A stretch of DNA of 64,000 nucleotides, taken from the NCBI GenBank assembly GCA_030390025.1, contig CM059425.1:166224001-166288000 (forward strand), written 5' to 3'. Numbering within the stretch: position 1 is the stretch's first letter; each line of letters opens with the position of its first letter. A program made the translations under genes and the position numbers. The notes beneath the pieces were generated by a model. It did not search any database. It was given only the letters and a program-made list of their open reading frames with translations, and was not told the origin of the DNA. Positions 50,041 through 62,990 of the stretch are shown here, piece by piece. This DNA comes from Squalus acanthias (lineage: Eukaryota).

Positions 50041-52943
50041 AGCCTAGAAATTCGATATCGGTAAAAACCTGCCGGTGCCACCGTGGGCTGGTGTCACTGC
50101 GGGCCGGTGTTAACGGCCGCCGAAATGATGGCGCTGGCAGGACCGGTAAATTGGCGCTGGGGACTAATTAACATTAGCCCAGTGCTAAACTTTCTGTGCA
50201 ACGCCGTTCTGGTGGCATTAGTCCTGGCAGAAGGCCCCAATGTAATGTGGCTGTAGCTTCATTGCAGCAAGAACAGCCTTCTCAGAAAGCTGTGTGGTCC
50301 CTTAAAGGGGAACTGCCTTCTGAAATAAAAAAAAAGGGAAGTTTTTAGCCCTTACAGCTCAACTTCCTTCTGGAAAAAAAAATTAAAAAGAATTGCCAAA
50401 TAGGAGTCTTCAGCTCTTAAAGCTGAATTGCCTTCCACAGCTAAAAAAAATGGGAAAAGTACTTCAGCAGTAACACAAATAGCTCAGCAAGTCACGGAAG
50501 GGGCACCCAGGGTCTCACACACAGCAATCCAGCTTTGTGCAGGGGGTCAACACTGCAAGAGAGGTCCTCTACCCACAGGGGCCAGGAGGCCCTCCAGAAA
50601 GAATGACGTGGGACCAGATCACTGAGGCCGTCACTGCCAGCAGTGTCACCCCACAACCTAGTTGTAGAGCCCAGTGGCCAAGGTCAGTGAATGCATCTTC
50701 AAACGTCATCTCCTGCCAACTGCACCACTAGCTTCACACACTTCTCAATGCACGACTCCACTCACCTACCAACAATCTGTACCAAACACGAGGCACACCT
50801 CCCATTCCGAGCTTCACCTCACCGCCTTGGAGGAGATGGTGCTGGCCATTCTTGGTCGGGGCACAGCTGAGCCCTTGGCCAGCGGCAGGGCTGAAAGGAT
50901 ACAATATGCTGATATCCTCATACGTTATCCTTCTTCTCACATGCACCTCTTGCTTTCCCGCCTCTCCCTTCACCACAGCTCCATCCTTGTGCCTTCCTCA
51001 TTCCACACACCCAAGAAATGCAGCCTGCCCAGCCAGTGGGTGACCAAGAAGAGGGAGAGGAGAGTGAAGGTACCACATAAAAGGTCACTACACAAGATAA
51101 GAGCTCATGGGGTTGGGGTAATATATTAGCATGGATAGAGGGTTGGTTAACTAACAGAAAACAGAGAGTCGGGATAAATGGGTCATTTTCAGGTTGGCAA
51201 ACTGTAACTAGTGGGGTGCCGCAGGGATCATAGCTGGGGCCTCAACTATTTACAATCTATATTAATGACTTGGATGAAGGGACCGAGTGTAATGTAGCTA
51301 AATTTGCTGATGATACAAAGATAGGTGGGAAAGCAAATTGTGTGGAGGACGCAAAAATCTCTAAAGGGATATAGATAGGCTAAGTGAGTGGGCAAAAATC
51401 TGGCAGATGGAATTTAATGTGGGAATAAAAAAGCAAATTATTATTTAAATGGAGAGAGATTACAAAATGCTGAGGTACAGAGGGATCTGAGGGTCCTTGT
51501 ACATGAATTACAAAAAGTTAGCATGCAGGTACGGCAAGTAATTAGGAAGGCAATTGGAATGTTAGCATTTATTACAAAGGGAATGGAGTATAAAAGTACA
51601 GAAGTCCTGTTACAACTGTACAGGGTGTTGGTGAGACCACACCTGGAGTACTGCGTACAGTTTTGGTTTCCTTATTTAAGGAAGGATATACTTGCATTGG
51701 AGGCAGTTCAGAGAAGGTTCACGAGGTTGATTCCGGAGATGAAGGGGTTGTCTTATGAAGAAAGGTTGAGCCTATACTCATTGGAGTTTAGAAGAATGAG
51801 ACGGGATCTTATTGAAACATATAAGATTCTGAAGGGGCTTGACAGAGTAGATGCAGAGAGGATGTTTCCCGTCGTGGGGGAATCTAGAACTAGGGGGCAT
51901 AATTTCAGAATAAGGGGGCACCCATTTAAATCAGAAATGAGGAGGAATTTCTTATCTCAGAGGGTCGTGAATCTTTGGAATTCTCTTCCCCAGCGAGCTT
52001 TGGAGACTGGGTCATTGAATATATTTAAGATGGCGACAGACAGATTTTTGAAAGGTAAAGGAGTCAAGGGTTATGGGGAGCGGGCAGGGAAGTGGAGTTG
52101 AGGCCAAGATCAGGATCAGCCATGATCTTATTGGCGGAGCAGGCTCGAGGGACCAAATGACCTACTCCTGCTCCTACGTCTTATGTTCTTATGAAGAAGA
52201 AGAAGAAACACCATCACTTGATTTCACACTCCCAGCCACCAGCTCCTCGAGGTCATCCTGCAAGGCCATCTGCAGGTGGATGATTCCATCCTGGATATCC
52301 CGGCCATAAAGTGGGTTGCATCCTTCCTCCTCCTCCGCATCTTCCTCTTCCCTCTGTGAGCGAATGCTGTAAATCTGAATTAAAAGCATAAAATGCTGGA
52401 AACACTCAGCAGGTTAGGCAGCATCTTGACCTGAGATCTGTTTCTCTCTCCACAGATGCTGCCTGCCCTGCTGAGTATTTCCTGCATTTTCTGTCTTCTC
52501 AGAGGCCTTCCTTTACCATCGAGGTCTTGCAAGCGTCCAGCAGCACTCCTTGCACACTGAAAAAAACTTTTATCATGTATTGCACCAAGCCACTCCTTCA
52601 AGAAAATAACAAAAATCCAGTCCAAAAGCTTAAATGCAAACGTACCTGAAAGTTGTGTGTGTCCCTTTAAGAAGTGCTGACAGCGTGTGTCAGTCTGCTG
52701 AATGCACGCTTTTCAGAGCGAGCTTAGGACCCAGCGCTAAGGTCAAAGTTTGCACGCTGACTGACGTCACGCTCTCCTTATTTGCATCTCTAGAGCCAGC
52801 GCTGCTATCGGCAGCACTCAGGCCCTGATCAAAATGGCTCTGCCGAGTCCCGCGCCACAGAAGGGGGTTAGAGTGGCGGCCTCCATTTTTTGCCAGGATT
52901 CCAGTGCTAACGGACGGCAGTAAGTAGCCCAGCTTCTGGACCT
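50041..52943 (+). mobile_element. Harbinger derivative copy 3, inserted in an old CR1 and carrying a nested CR1
   Basis: AGCCTAGAAATTC left end; collinear with about 11210-13302. Confidence 0.82.
51070..52191 (+). mobile_element. Nested CR1 fragment
   Basis: KFADDTK, ORF 51523-52101, (TTCTTATG) tail; TGAAG on both flanks. Confidence 0.9.
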
Positions 52944-52987
52944 TAGTCTCTTACCATTAAGAAAATATTTTGATTTGTCTTTCTCAG

Positions 52988-53960
52988 ATTTACAATTTAT
53001 ATAAATGACTTAGATGAAGGGGCCGAAGGTATGGTTGCTAAATTTGCTGACGACACAAAGATAGGTAGGAAAGTAAATTATGAAGAGGACATAAGGAGGC
53101 TACAAAGGGATATAGATAGGTTAAGTGAGTGGGCAAAGATCTGGCAAATGGAGTATAATGTGGGAAAATGTGAAATTGTCCATTTTGGCAGGAAGAATAA
53201 AAAAGAAACATATTATCTAAATGGTGAGAGATTGCAGAGCTCGGAGATGCAGAGGGATCTGGGTGTCCTAGTGTATGAATCGCAAAAGGTTAGCATGCAG
53301 GTACAGCAAGTAATTGGGAAAGCTAATAGAATGTTATTGTTTATTGCGAGGGGAATTGAATACAAAAGTAGGGAGGTTATGCTTCAGTTATACAGGGCAT
53401 TGGTGAGACCACATCTGGAGTACTGTGTACAGTATTGGTCTCCTTATTTAAAGGAAGGATGTAAATGCGTTGGAAGCAGTTTAGAGAAGGTTTACTAGAC
53501 TAATACCTGGAATGGGCGGGTTGTCTTATGAGGAAAGGTTGCACAGGCTAGGCTTGTATCACTGGAGTTTAGAAGAGTAAGAGGTGCCTTGATTGAAACA
53601 TAAGATCCTGAGGGGTCTGGACAGGGTGGATGTGGAGAGGATGTTTCCTCTTGTGGGAGAATCTAGAACTAGGGGTCACTGTTTAAAAATAAGGGGTCGC
53701 TCATTTAAGATAGAGATGAGGAGAAATTTTTTCTCACAAAGGGTCATGAGTCTTTGGAACTCTCTTCCTCAGAGGGCAGTGGAAGCAGAGTCTTTGAATA
53801 TTTTTAAGGCAGAGGTAGATAGATTCTTGGTAAGCAAAGGGGTGAAAGGTTATCGGGGGTAGGTGGGAATGTGGAGTAATCAGATCAGCCATGATCTTAT
53901 TGAATGGCGGAGCAGGCTCGAAGGGCCGAATGGCCTACTCCTGCTCCTAATTTGTATGTT
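52988..53960 (+). mobile_element. CR1 3' fragment
   Basis: VAKFADDTKIG, ORFs 53031-53498 and 53593-53862. Confidence 0.9.
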
Positions 53961-54516
53961 CAGATTCAAAGTGGATGACCTCACACTTCCCACATTGAAC
54001 TCCATCTGCCATAGTTTAGCCCACTCACTTAGTCTGTCTATGCCCCATTGTAACTTCCTGCTCCCATTCATACAATGTACTGTTCCTCCTAAATGTGTGT
54101 AATTTACAAACTAACTTGGATATACAACCAATGTTGCCTGTAATTTTTTTTGGGTGCGCGGCCCCTTTAAGGGGCTGTGTGGCCCATTCACAAGTTCGCG
54201 CACGTGTGAACTTTAACATAGGAAAAGCCGATCCCGGGCTGCACAGTTTATAGGGAACGTTTTATACAACTGTCTCTTCCTTCATCAAAGTCATTAATAT
54301 ATATGGTGAAATGCTCACGATCCAGTACAGATCTCTGGGGAACACCACTTGTCAAATCCCACCAATCAGAGTACATTTACTTTATCTCTACTCTCTGTCA
54401 TCTACCCCCACCAATTACTGACCTATGTCACAAGATAAGGTCCAATTCCGCGCACTTTCATTTTTGCTAATAATCTCTTTGGCGGTACCTTATCAAATGC
54501 CTTCTGAAAGTTAATA

Positions 54517-54975
54517 AAGAAAGAAAGACTTGTATTGATATAACGCCTTTTATGGCCTCAGTTTGTCCTAAAGCATTTCACAACCAAATAAGTACTTTTG
54601 AAGCATAGTCACTGTTGTAATATAGGAAACACAGCAGCCAATTTGTGCACAGCAAGCTCCCACAAACAGCAATGTGATCATGACCAGATAATCTGTTTTA
54701 TTGAATGTTGGATGAGGGATAAATATTGGTCAGGACACCAAGGAGAACTCCCTTGTTCTTCTTCAAAATAATGCTGTGGGATCTTTTATGTCCACCTGAG
54801 AGGACAGACGGGGCCTCAGTTTAATGTCTCATTTGAAAGATGGCATGTAGCTCTCCCTCAGTAATGCACTGGAGTGCCAGCATAGATTATATGCTCAAGA
54901 CTCTGGAGTGGGGCTTGAACCCACAACCTTCTGACACAGAGGCAAGAGTGCTACCAACTGAGCCACGGCTGACAC
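54517..54975 (-). mobile_element. Near full-length tRNA-derived Deu-domain SINE (SacSINE1-like)
   Basis: Minus-strand head GCCGTGGCTCAGTTGGTAGC...GGGTTCAAGCCC (A/B boxes), central conserved domain, L2-like tail with (TTTC)n; older copy at about 59690-60000. Confidence 0.8.
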
Positions 54976-55459
54976 CTAGACAACAGCCATAGACATTCTC
55001 TTGTCCACCATGCTAGTGACTCCTCAAACACTTAAACCAAAATGACATTACTTACCGGTCACAAATCCATGCTGACTCTCTTTGATCAAATGGTGCATGG
55101 CGCAAGGTTGACGACAGGATGGTGAGTAGTATGATTTTAACCCTCCGCATGCCCATTTCTTGTTGGGTGCGGGAGGGTGGGTTAAAATCGTGGCTTAATC
55201 TTGAAGCTTAGTCTTATTTAAAAGGCTTTCATGTTGAATTTTGTTAACCATCACCTGAAAATCCTTTGTTTAGTAATTCAGTGCCATTCTATGAAATTTG
55301 ATTTTAAAATCTTAAAAAGCTCAGGAAGTCTGTTGTACTACTGTTCAGTTTGTAATGATTGATTATAAAGACCCTCTGATGTGTAAAGGGGTGATTCAGC
55401 GATGGACTCAGGAATCCAATCCGGCCAAGTTGTCTTTATGACTTTGTACTGTATTGAAT

Positions 55460-55872
55460 GGTCGGGTCACATTGTCCGCATGCGCGATACGAGACTCCCA
55501 AAATCAAGAGTTCTACTCGGAGCTCTGGCATGGCAAGAGCGCCCCAGGTGGGCAGAGGAAACGCTTCAAGGACACCCTCAAAGCCTCCTTGAAAAAGTGC
55601 AACATCGCCACCAACACCTGGGAATCCCTGGCCCAAGACCGCACAAAGTGGAGGAGAAGCATCCGGGAAGGCGGCGAACACCTCGAGTCTCTTCGCCGGG
55701 AGCAAGCGCAAGCAGCGCACGTCAACCCAAGCACCCCACCCACCTGCCCCTTCAACCACCGTCTGCCCCACCTGTGACAGAGACTGTAGGTCCCGCATTG
55801 GACTCATCAATCACCTGAGAACTCATTTTTAATGTGGAAGCAAGTCATCCTCGGTTCCGAGGGACTGCCAGA

Positions 55873-55952
<80 letters not shown>
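55460..55952 (+). mobile_element. RTE 3' fragment with (GAGAGT)n tail
   Basis: Collinear with about 1750-2167; TSD ATTGAAT at 55453-55459 and 55953-55959. Confidence 0.9.
55873..55950 (+). repeat. (GAGAGT)13 microsatellite
   Basis: Perfect hexamer array. Confidence 0.95.
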
Positions 55953-56029
55953 ATTGAATCAACAAGCAAGAGTTATGTTTCTCTGCCAACTATTAAAGAT
56001 GACTAGAATACTCTGGCTGCTTACATTAC

Positions 56030-56575
56030 TTAGAATTTACAGCACAGAAACAGGCCATTTGGCCCAACTAGTCCATGCCGGTATTTATGCTCTACTTGAG
56101 CCTCCTCCTACCCAACTTCATCTAACTCTGTCAGCATAACCTTCTATTCCTTTCTCCCTCACATGCTTATCTAGATTCCCCTTAAATGTATCTATGCTAT
56201 TCACCTCAACTACTTCTTGTGGTAACGAGTTCCACATTCTTATCATTCTTTGGGTAAAGAAGTTTCTCCTGAATTCCCTATTGGATTTATTGGTAACCAT
56301 CTTATATTTAAGATCCCTAGTTTTGGACTCCCCCACAAGTGGAAACATTTTCCCTACATCTACCCTAGCAAACCCTTTCATAATCTTAAAGACCTCTATC
56401 AGCTCACCCCTCAGCATTCTCTTTTCCAGAGAAGAGCCCCAGCCTGTTCAGCGTTTCCTGATAATTATATTTTCTCAGTTCTGGTACCATCCTTGTGAAT
56501 CTTTTTTGCATCTTCTCTAGTGCCTCTATATCTTTTTAATAATAACCAGAACTGTGCACAGTACCCCAAGTGTGC
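56030..56575 (-). mobile_element. CR1 3' fragment
   Basis: ORF 56118-56417 LRGELIEVFKIMKGF...WNSLP. Confidence 0.88.
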
Positions 56576-57529
56576 TTTTATATTAAAAAACATAAATGTG
56601 AAGCAAACATTTCCTACTGAAGTACTCAAGCCAAAGATTTTCTATTCAACATAAAAGGAAAAATGGAGTACTTACAGCTTGGGTTTGGCAGCCAGTGGCG
56701 GTAGTTCCTTTATTGGGGAGGGCAGATTGGCTGCGGACTGAATGAGTTGCCCTTGGTTTGGTCCATTGATCTCGAGCAGAGGATGTACCATTGGGCTTCT
56801 TCTCAGCAGTATCGAGCTGCAGTTGGAAGGCAGCTACACTTTGGCTTGATCTCAAGGCTGTTCACCTGAGCTGGGCCAATTGTCCTCTTAGGAGGCAATT
56901 CTAGAGAATTAATTTCAGTCTGAAGTGGTGGGGTAAGAGTGTCTACTAAATCATGCCCGTTATTTGGAGCAACTTCATTTCCTGGGCAGAGTGTGAGCTT
57001 TATAAAGAAATAGCAATGTTATTGGTTGGTTCGGGTTTTTGATTTGATGGCCCTGTGTGAGATAATGCAAAATCAAATCAAATATTCAAACTGAGCCAGT
57101 TTATTCATCTTTTCAGCCTAATTCATAGAAATTGAATAGCAAACATCTTAATGTGGTTCAAAAAACAAATCTTTAAATATTTTTCTCCTGAATTATATTT
57201 TAAAAAACATTTCAGTAATCTACCCAATTATGAAATATTTTTATTTCATACAAAATGTTTTGTTTCTTTAGAGAAAACAGTTTCCAAAGCTTTCTACAGG
57301 CACTATTGCCTTCTCAAACAAAAATAGAGAAAAACCTTACCAAACAAAGGCTTGAAAGTCAGAGATATTCTCTGATGCAGGGTAAGATTAACAACTGCTA
57401 AATGAAAAGCTGTGAACAATGTACAGTGCAATCAATGCCTTGTGTAAAAAGATGTCAGATCACTACTTGATGTACTAGGAGGAAGGATGTTAAAGCAAAT
57501 ACAGGGCTGTGGTGATAACTGCAAACACT

Positions 57530-58566
57530 AAGAGGGATAGTTTGGTGAAAACTGGCACTAAATGGGTGCTGTGCTAATATGACACACCTGTTTGAAAGTC
57601 AGGTTTTAGCACTCAATTTTGGGGCTAATTGCTGATTACTATAATTTGAACTTGCATGGTGGCATGAAAGCAGACACCTGAAGGGTTAGCAATCAATTGC
57701 TGATTAGATGCAATTTTCGTGGCGCAGTATATGTGGGCTCCACGCACCCACTTCCACTGAAGGTGTGGAGTGCACTGGCTGACACATAATGGCATGTTTC
57801 AGGATGGCTCAGGGACCATGTGAGAGGGTGCACAGGTTCTCGGACATGACCCTGGCGGTCCTGGTGGAGGAGATCCAGAGGAGGAGGGATGTCCTGTACC
57901 TGCAGGGGGGCGGGGAAGGAGTCCACCTCGCCCTCATGTCCCTCTCTCCTGCAGCAGCTGGTGATGCTCTGCCCGGCCTCATGTCCTCCTCCCATTCCTC
58001 GTCCAGACCAAGGGGGATCCCAAGCAACATGCCCATGACCAAGCACTCCCTTTCTCCTGGTGACTCCTATAAGGTGTCCAATAAGGTAGAGTAGCACAAC
58101 ACTCACTCTTTTTAGGTGAAGGCCTCAGAGAATTTCCAGAATAAATGTTGATAGCGTGTTGGTGAAGTCTTGACAAAGTGTCCCAGAAAGTCTCCCGATG
58201 TGTTTCAAAAGTCCTCTTTAGACCTCCAGCAGCAAGCGAACAGTAAAAGGTGATATACATTTAAGTAGCGCTCGAAATCGTCTGCAATGACTAGTTTACT
58301 CCCAATCAGCTGGTTGCTGTTAAGAGAAGGCGTTAATTCAAGTGCTAGCCACCAAAATGCCATGCAGCCTCTTAATGAGCGCTAGCAGGCAATTTAAGTG
58401 ACAATCAGCCCCTTAACGATCTTCCGGGCGGACATTCCTAGCGCATGCTTCAGCTCCTTTACCAAGATGGCCTCTTGCACTAAATGCTGGTGTTTCAGCT
58501 CAAGATCCCAGCTTGGCCACCTCGGAGGCTCTTTTGTGCCTAAAGTATCTGGGAAAAATCGCCCCA
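57530..58566 (+). mobile_element. Decayed Harbinger derivative with Myb-like remnant
   Basis: ERVHRFSDMTLAVLVEEIQRRRDVLY; TIR-like right end GGGAAAAATCGCCCC; left end uncertain. Confidence 0.65.
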
Positions 58567-60159
58567 TATGAATGAAAAGGACAAGTTGAATAAAAACACA
58601 TAAATAGAGGGGTAAACATTTGTCTGGGGTGGTAGTGCAATTCTGACAGTTTTGCATTCGCTGCCTATTATACATGCTGCCCAATATTCTGTTCCTCTGC
58701 AGTCAATGCAACTGAATATCAGATGGGCCGTTTAATGGGCGGCTGATCCAATTCTGTCCATTTTGCGCTACCGCCCCAAACGGATTTTTAACTCATAGAT
58801 AGGCTACAAGGTCAGGGTAATAAATGATTTTACGGTTAAGCTTGATAAAGTCTAGAAACATTGACATTGGCATATTGAAGCTCCAGTGTGCCACACACAG
58901 CGGCTTTTAATTTGGTGCAGGGAATGCTTCATCTACCTTCTACACTAATGGGCAACACTGCCATAGAATGCACCTTTATTTGGCAATGTTATATCCCATG
59001 GGGAAGAGGCACTAAAGATGCAGATAATAATGTATGTCAACTCCCGTTAGCATCATACTTTGTGAAGACACTTGCAACTGTTTATTTACTGAAAATTGCT
59101 TTGCTGATTAAATCTGAAATGTTCTTATTATAAACATTCTGCTTTATTTTTGTCCTAACAAAGCAAGCATTTGCTGAAAGATGATTTTACTGAACCTTCT
59201 GAGTGATCAGGAGAAAATAGCCCAGGGCCCTTCTTTATCACAAAGAGATAATTAACCTCATAGCTTGGGAACAGTAAGTGTTTTGTATCTAATGAACACT
59301 GTATCACGAATTACAAGCCACAGTAATGATTGTTTTGTTAAAACCCTTATTTTACGCGAGAACCATACTCAACATTCTCAACATCATATTATTACAGAGC
59401 TCTGTAAATTCTCTTTTGGGAAACAAATCTGTTTTATTGAAATATTTAGGTTTTAAATTTATTTGTTCTGAAGTAATTTTTCCACAGAGAATAGGCTAAA
59501 AAACATTGACTGAAATGTGTTTAATATTGATTATTTTAACTATTATTATGTCCAGGTTTTTGTATTATATTAACACAGTGCATATTACAAACTTGAGAGT
59601 ACGTTATGTATTAAAACAATTTGACCAAATTTAATGTTCAAAAAATCACTGCCGCAAACCAATATAAATCTAGAAAAAAAGCACTTACTCTTATACAACA
59701 CATCTCAAAGTGATTTATAACCAATCAATTACTTTTGAAATGCAGTCTTTTTGTTACCTAAGCAAATGAAGCAGCCAATTGTCAAGCAAAATCCCACAAA
59801 CAACAAATGAGATTAATGCCCAGTTAATCTGTTTTTCACCGAGGGAACAATATTGGCAGGATACCAGGACAGCTTGATGCTCTTTTTCAAATCGAGCCAT
59901 GGGATCTATTATATCTGCCTGAACAGGTAGACAGTGCCTTGATTTAACATCTGATCTGAATGACTACACTTTTAACAATGTACCACTGAAGTGTCAGCCG
60001 AGATAGTAACTCTGATTTTGTGATGCTAGAAACAATGGTGCTGCGCATGTCTATGACATGATCCTACCAGTGCCAGATGATGTTCGCCCTTAAACAGGAA
60101 GTATTTTATTCCATTCTGAAGCACCAATACCCTTTGTGATACTTCAGGGGGACAGGGGA

Positions 60160-60930
60160 GGGGGCTATTTTTTCAAGTGCCAGCTACCAATTTCTTGCCT
60201 GAAATAACGAGGAGGGGTGGCACCTTGGCCGCCCCATTGACAGCCAAGACCCACCTGATGCATTTATTAATGCAAGAGCAGACACTCATCTTTTTCAGGC
60301 ATAAGGCTGTTTACGTATGCCAATCCGGGTCCTATGCTGATTTTTGGACCCCATTTGCAATTTTCAGGCATAAGTGTTTGGAGTGTTTGCCAGCAAGCTC
60401 CACCCATTTGTACCAGGCATTGAGTGGCCCCAACCAGTGGTACTTAAAAGGACTGTTCCGCAGAAATTATTTTGTGAGAATTTTTGTGGCTCCACAAAAA
60501 TACTGCTGCGCATTGCTGGCCTGTGTTCGACCTCCTCCGGAATCGGCTGCCGCCTCCAAGACCCAACCTGACGATCGGCTCAATGTGAGAGCTGGCCGAT
60601 TTCCAACCCTCCCACAATCAGTGAACTGCAGCGGAGACCACATTTGGCCTGGAAGTCTTGCTGAGGGAGGATCATCCTGCAAAAGCTGCCTGTAAGGAGG
60701 TGTTCAGCAGGCCAACACAGACGCCTAGGGTTTGGCAGAACTGGTTGCAAATATGGGTGAAATTTTCAGGCATCTGCAAACGTGCTAAGATTAGCGGACT
60801 CTCCTTCGCACATGTGCTGCCACCACAAAGACAATGTTATCCCCTTTGCAAAATGTTGGCTCTGGGAGGGAGGTGTTGTAGGCAGAGGACCGCTGTTTGA
60901 GGGACTGCATGAGTTCCTGTAATGATCTTT
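60160..60930 (+). mobile_element. Decayed Harbinger-like fragment
   Basis: TIR-like start GGGGGCTATTTT; weak Myb-like remnant near 60700-60900. Confidence 0.35.
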
Positions 60931-61192
60931 ATTTTGTTCTGCTTGCAGACCAAAGCTATGGTTAATCACAAGCAGAGGATAAGGATAAGGCAACCCTCAA
61001 ATTCGTCAAAGCATGTAAGAATACAGCCTTACTCTATAATCATGCAAAACTGTTGAAGGCATTGGGGTGTCTGGAAGCTTTGTGCCATCACCCAGCAAAT
61101 ATCCTCCAGTTTTTCAGCTCCTTCCTTTTCTCCTGTCTTCCTTCCTGCCTTGGGCTAACTTGCTAAATTCTGTATCTTGCAGAATCTGTTTC

Positions 61193-61632
61193 AACAACAA
61201 CAACAGCAACAACTTGTATTTATATAGTCCCTTTGACGTAGTAAAACATCCCACGGCGCTTCACAGGAGTGTCATAAAACAAAATTTAACACCAAGCCAC
61301 AGAAGGATAAATTAGGGCAGGTGACCAAAAGCTTGGTCAGAGAGGTAGGTTTTAAGGAGCGTCTTAAAGGAGGAATGAGAGGTAGAGAGGCGGAGAGGTT
61401 TAGGCAGGGAATTCCAGAGCTTAGGGCATAAGCAGCAGAAGGCACGGCCACCAATGGTGGAATGATTAAAATCGGGGATGCTCAAGAGGGCAGAATTAGA
61501 GGAGTGCATATATCTCGAGCTGGAGGAGATTACAGAGATAGGGAAGGGGCGAGGCCATGGAGGGACTTGAAAACAAGGATGAGAATTTTAAAATCGAGGC
61601 GTTGCTTAATTGGGAGCCAATGTAGGTCAGCA
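61193..61632 (-). mobile_element. L2 LINE 3' end
   Basis: GGRAFCCLCPKLWNSLP...FKTLLKTYL; (TTG)n tail. Confidence 0.85.
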
Positions 61633-61842
61633 GTTCATGCTCTGGTTAAAGCACTAGTCACTAATGAGGAGGAACAAGTGGAAGGGGCTGGAGAACAGGA
61701 AGAAAGATTTTACCAGACCGTGTCTCCAGTACATGGATAAGGGAATAGTATACTATTCTGCCTTTGGAGTTGATGCAGGAGCACAAGGCATTAGTTTCAT
61801 CCTTTGTGTCTGCTATGCATGCAACTGTTGTCAGAGAATATG

Positions 61843-62990
61843 CATCAGTTTGCCTTGGACATCAGTACGCCTTGGACATCAGTGCGCCTTGGACATCAGT
61901 GAACCTTGGACATCAGTGAACCTTGGACATCAGTGAACCTTGGACATCAGTACGCCTTGGACATCAGTATGCCCTGAACATCAGTATGCCCTGAACATCA
62001 GTACGCCTTGGACATCAGTGTACCTTGGATATCAGTACACCTTGGACATCAGTGCACCCTGAACATCAGTACGCCTTAGACATCAGTGCACCCTGAACAT
62101 CAGTGCGCCTTGGACATCAGTACGCCTTGGACATCAGTACAGCTTGAACATCAGTACGCCTTGGACATCAGTGCACCATGGACATCAGTACGCCTTAGAC
62201 ATCAGTACGCCTTGGACATCATTGCGCCTTGGACATCAGTACGCCTTGGACATCAGTATCACAGAATCACAGAATCCCCACAGTACAGATAGAGGCCATT
62301 TCGGCCCATCGAGCCTGCACCGACACATATCCCACCCTATCCCCGTAACCCCATGTATTTAATCCCCCCTAACATATCCCACCCTATCCCCGTAACCTCA
62401 CGTATTTAATCCCCCCTAACACTAAGGGTCAATTTATCATAGCCAAATCATCCTAACCCGCACATCTTTGGACTGTGGGAGGAAACCGGAGCACCCGGAG
62501 GAAACCCACGCAGACACGGGGAGAATGTGCAAACTCCACACAGACAGTCACCCGAGGCCGGATTCGAACCCGGGTCCCTGGCGCTGTGAGGCAACAGTGC
62601 TAACCACTATGCCACCGTGTTGCACATCAGTGCGCCTTGGACATCAGTGCACCATGGACATCAGTACGCCTTAGACATCAGTACACCTTGGACATCAGTA
62701 CGCCTTGGACATCAGTACGCCTTGGACATCAGTACGCCTTAGACATCAGTACGCCTTAGACATCAGTGCACCTTGGACATCAGTACGCCTTGGACATCAG
62801 TATGCCTTAGACATCAGTGCACCTTGACCATCAGTACGCCTTGAATATCAGTGCGCCTTGGACATCAGTGCGCCCTGGATATCAGTGCGCCTTGGATATC
62901 AGTGCGCCTTGGATATCGGTGCGCCCTGGATATCAGTGCGCCTTGGATATCAGTGCGCCTTGGACATCAGTACGCCTTGAACATCAGTGC
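61843..62990 (+). repeat. 17-bp minisatellite (CATCAGTRCGCCTTGGA), about 46 units, interrupted by HE1
   Basis: Direct tandem units with point variants and no unique spacers. Confidence 0.95.
62258..62623 (-). mobile_element. HE1 SINE with its standard single tail
   Basis: A/B boxes, V-domain, tail ending (ATTCTGTG)n; ACATCAGT on both sides. Confidence 0.92.

Noticed and set aside
55807..56139. ES- and TL-repeat proteins
   Set aside because: Translations of the (GAGAGT)n microsatellite
61843..62990. CRISPR-like array or repetitive ORFs
   Set aside because: Contiguous 17-bp units without unique spacers, no cas genes, vertebrate context; the ORFs are by-products of the repeat
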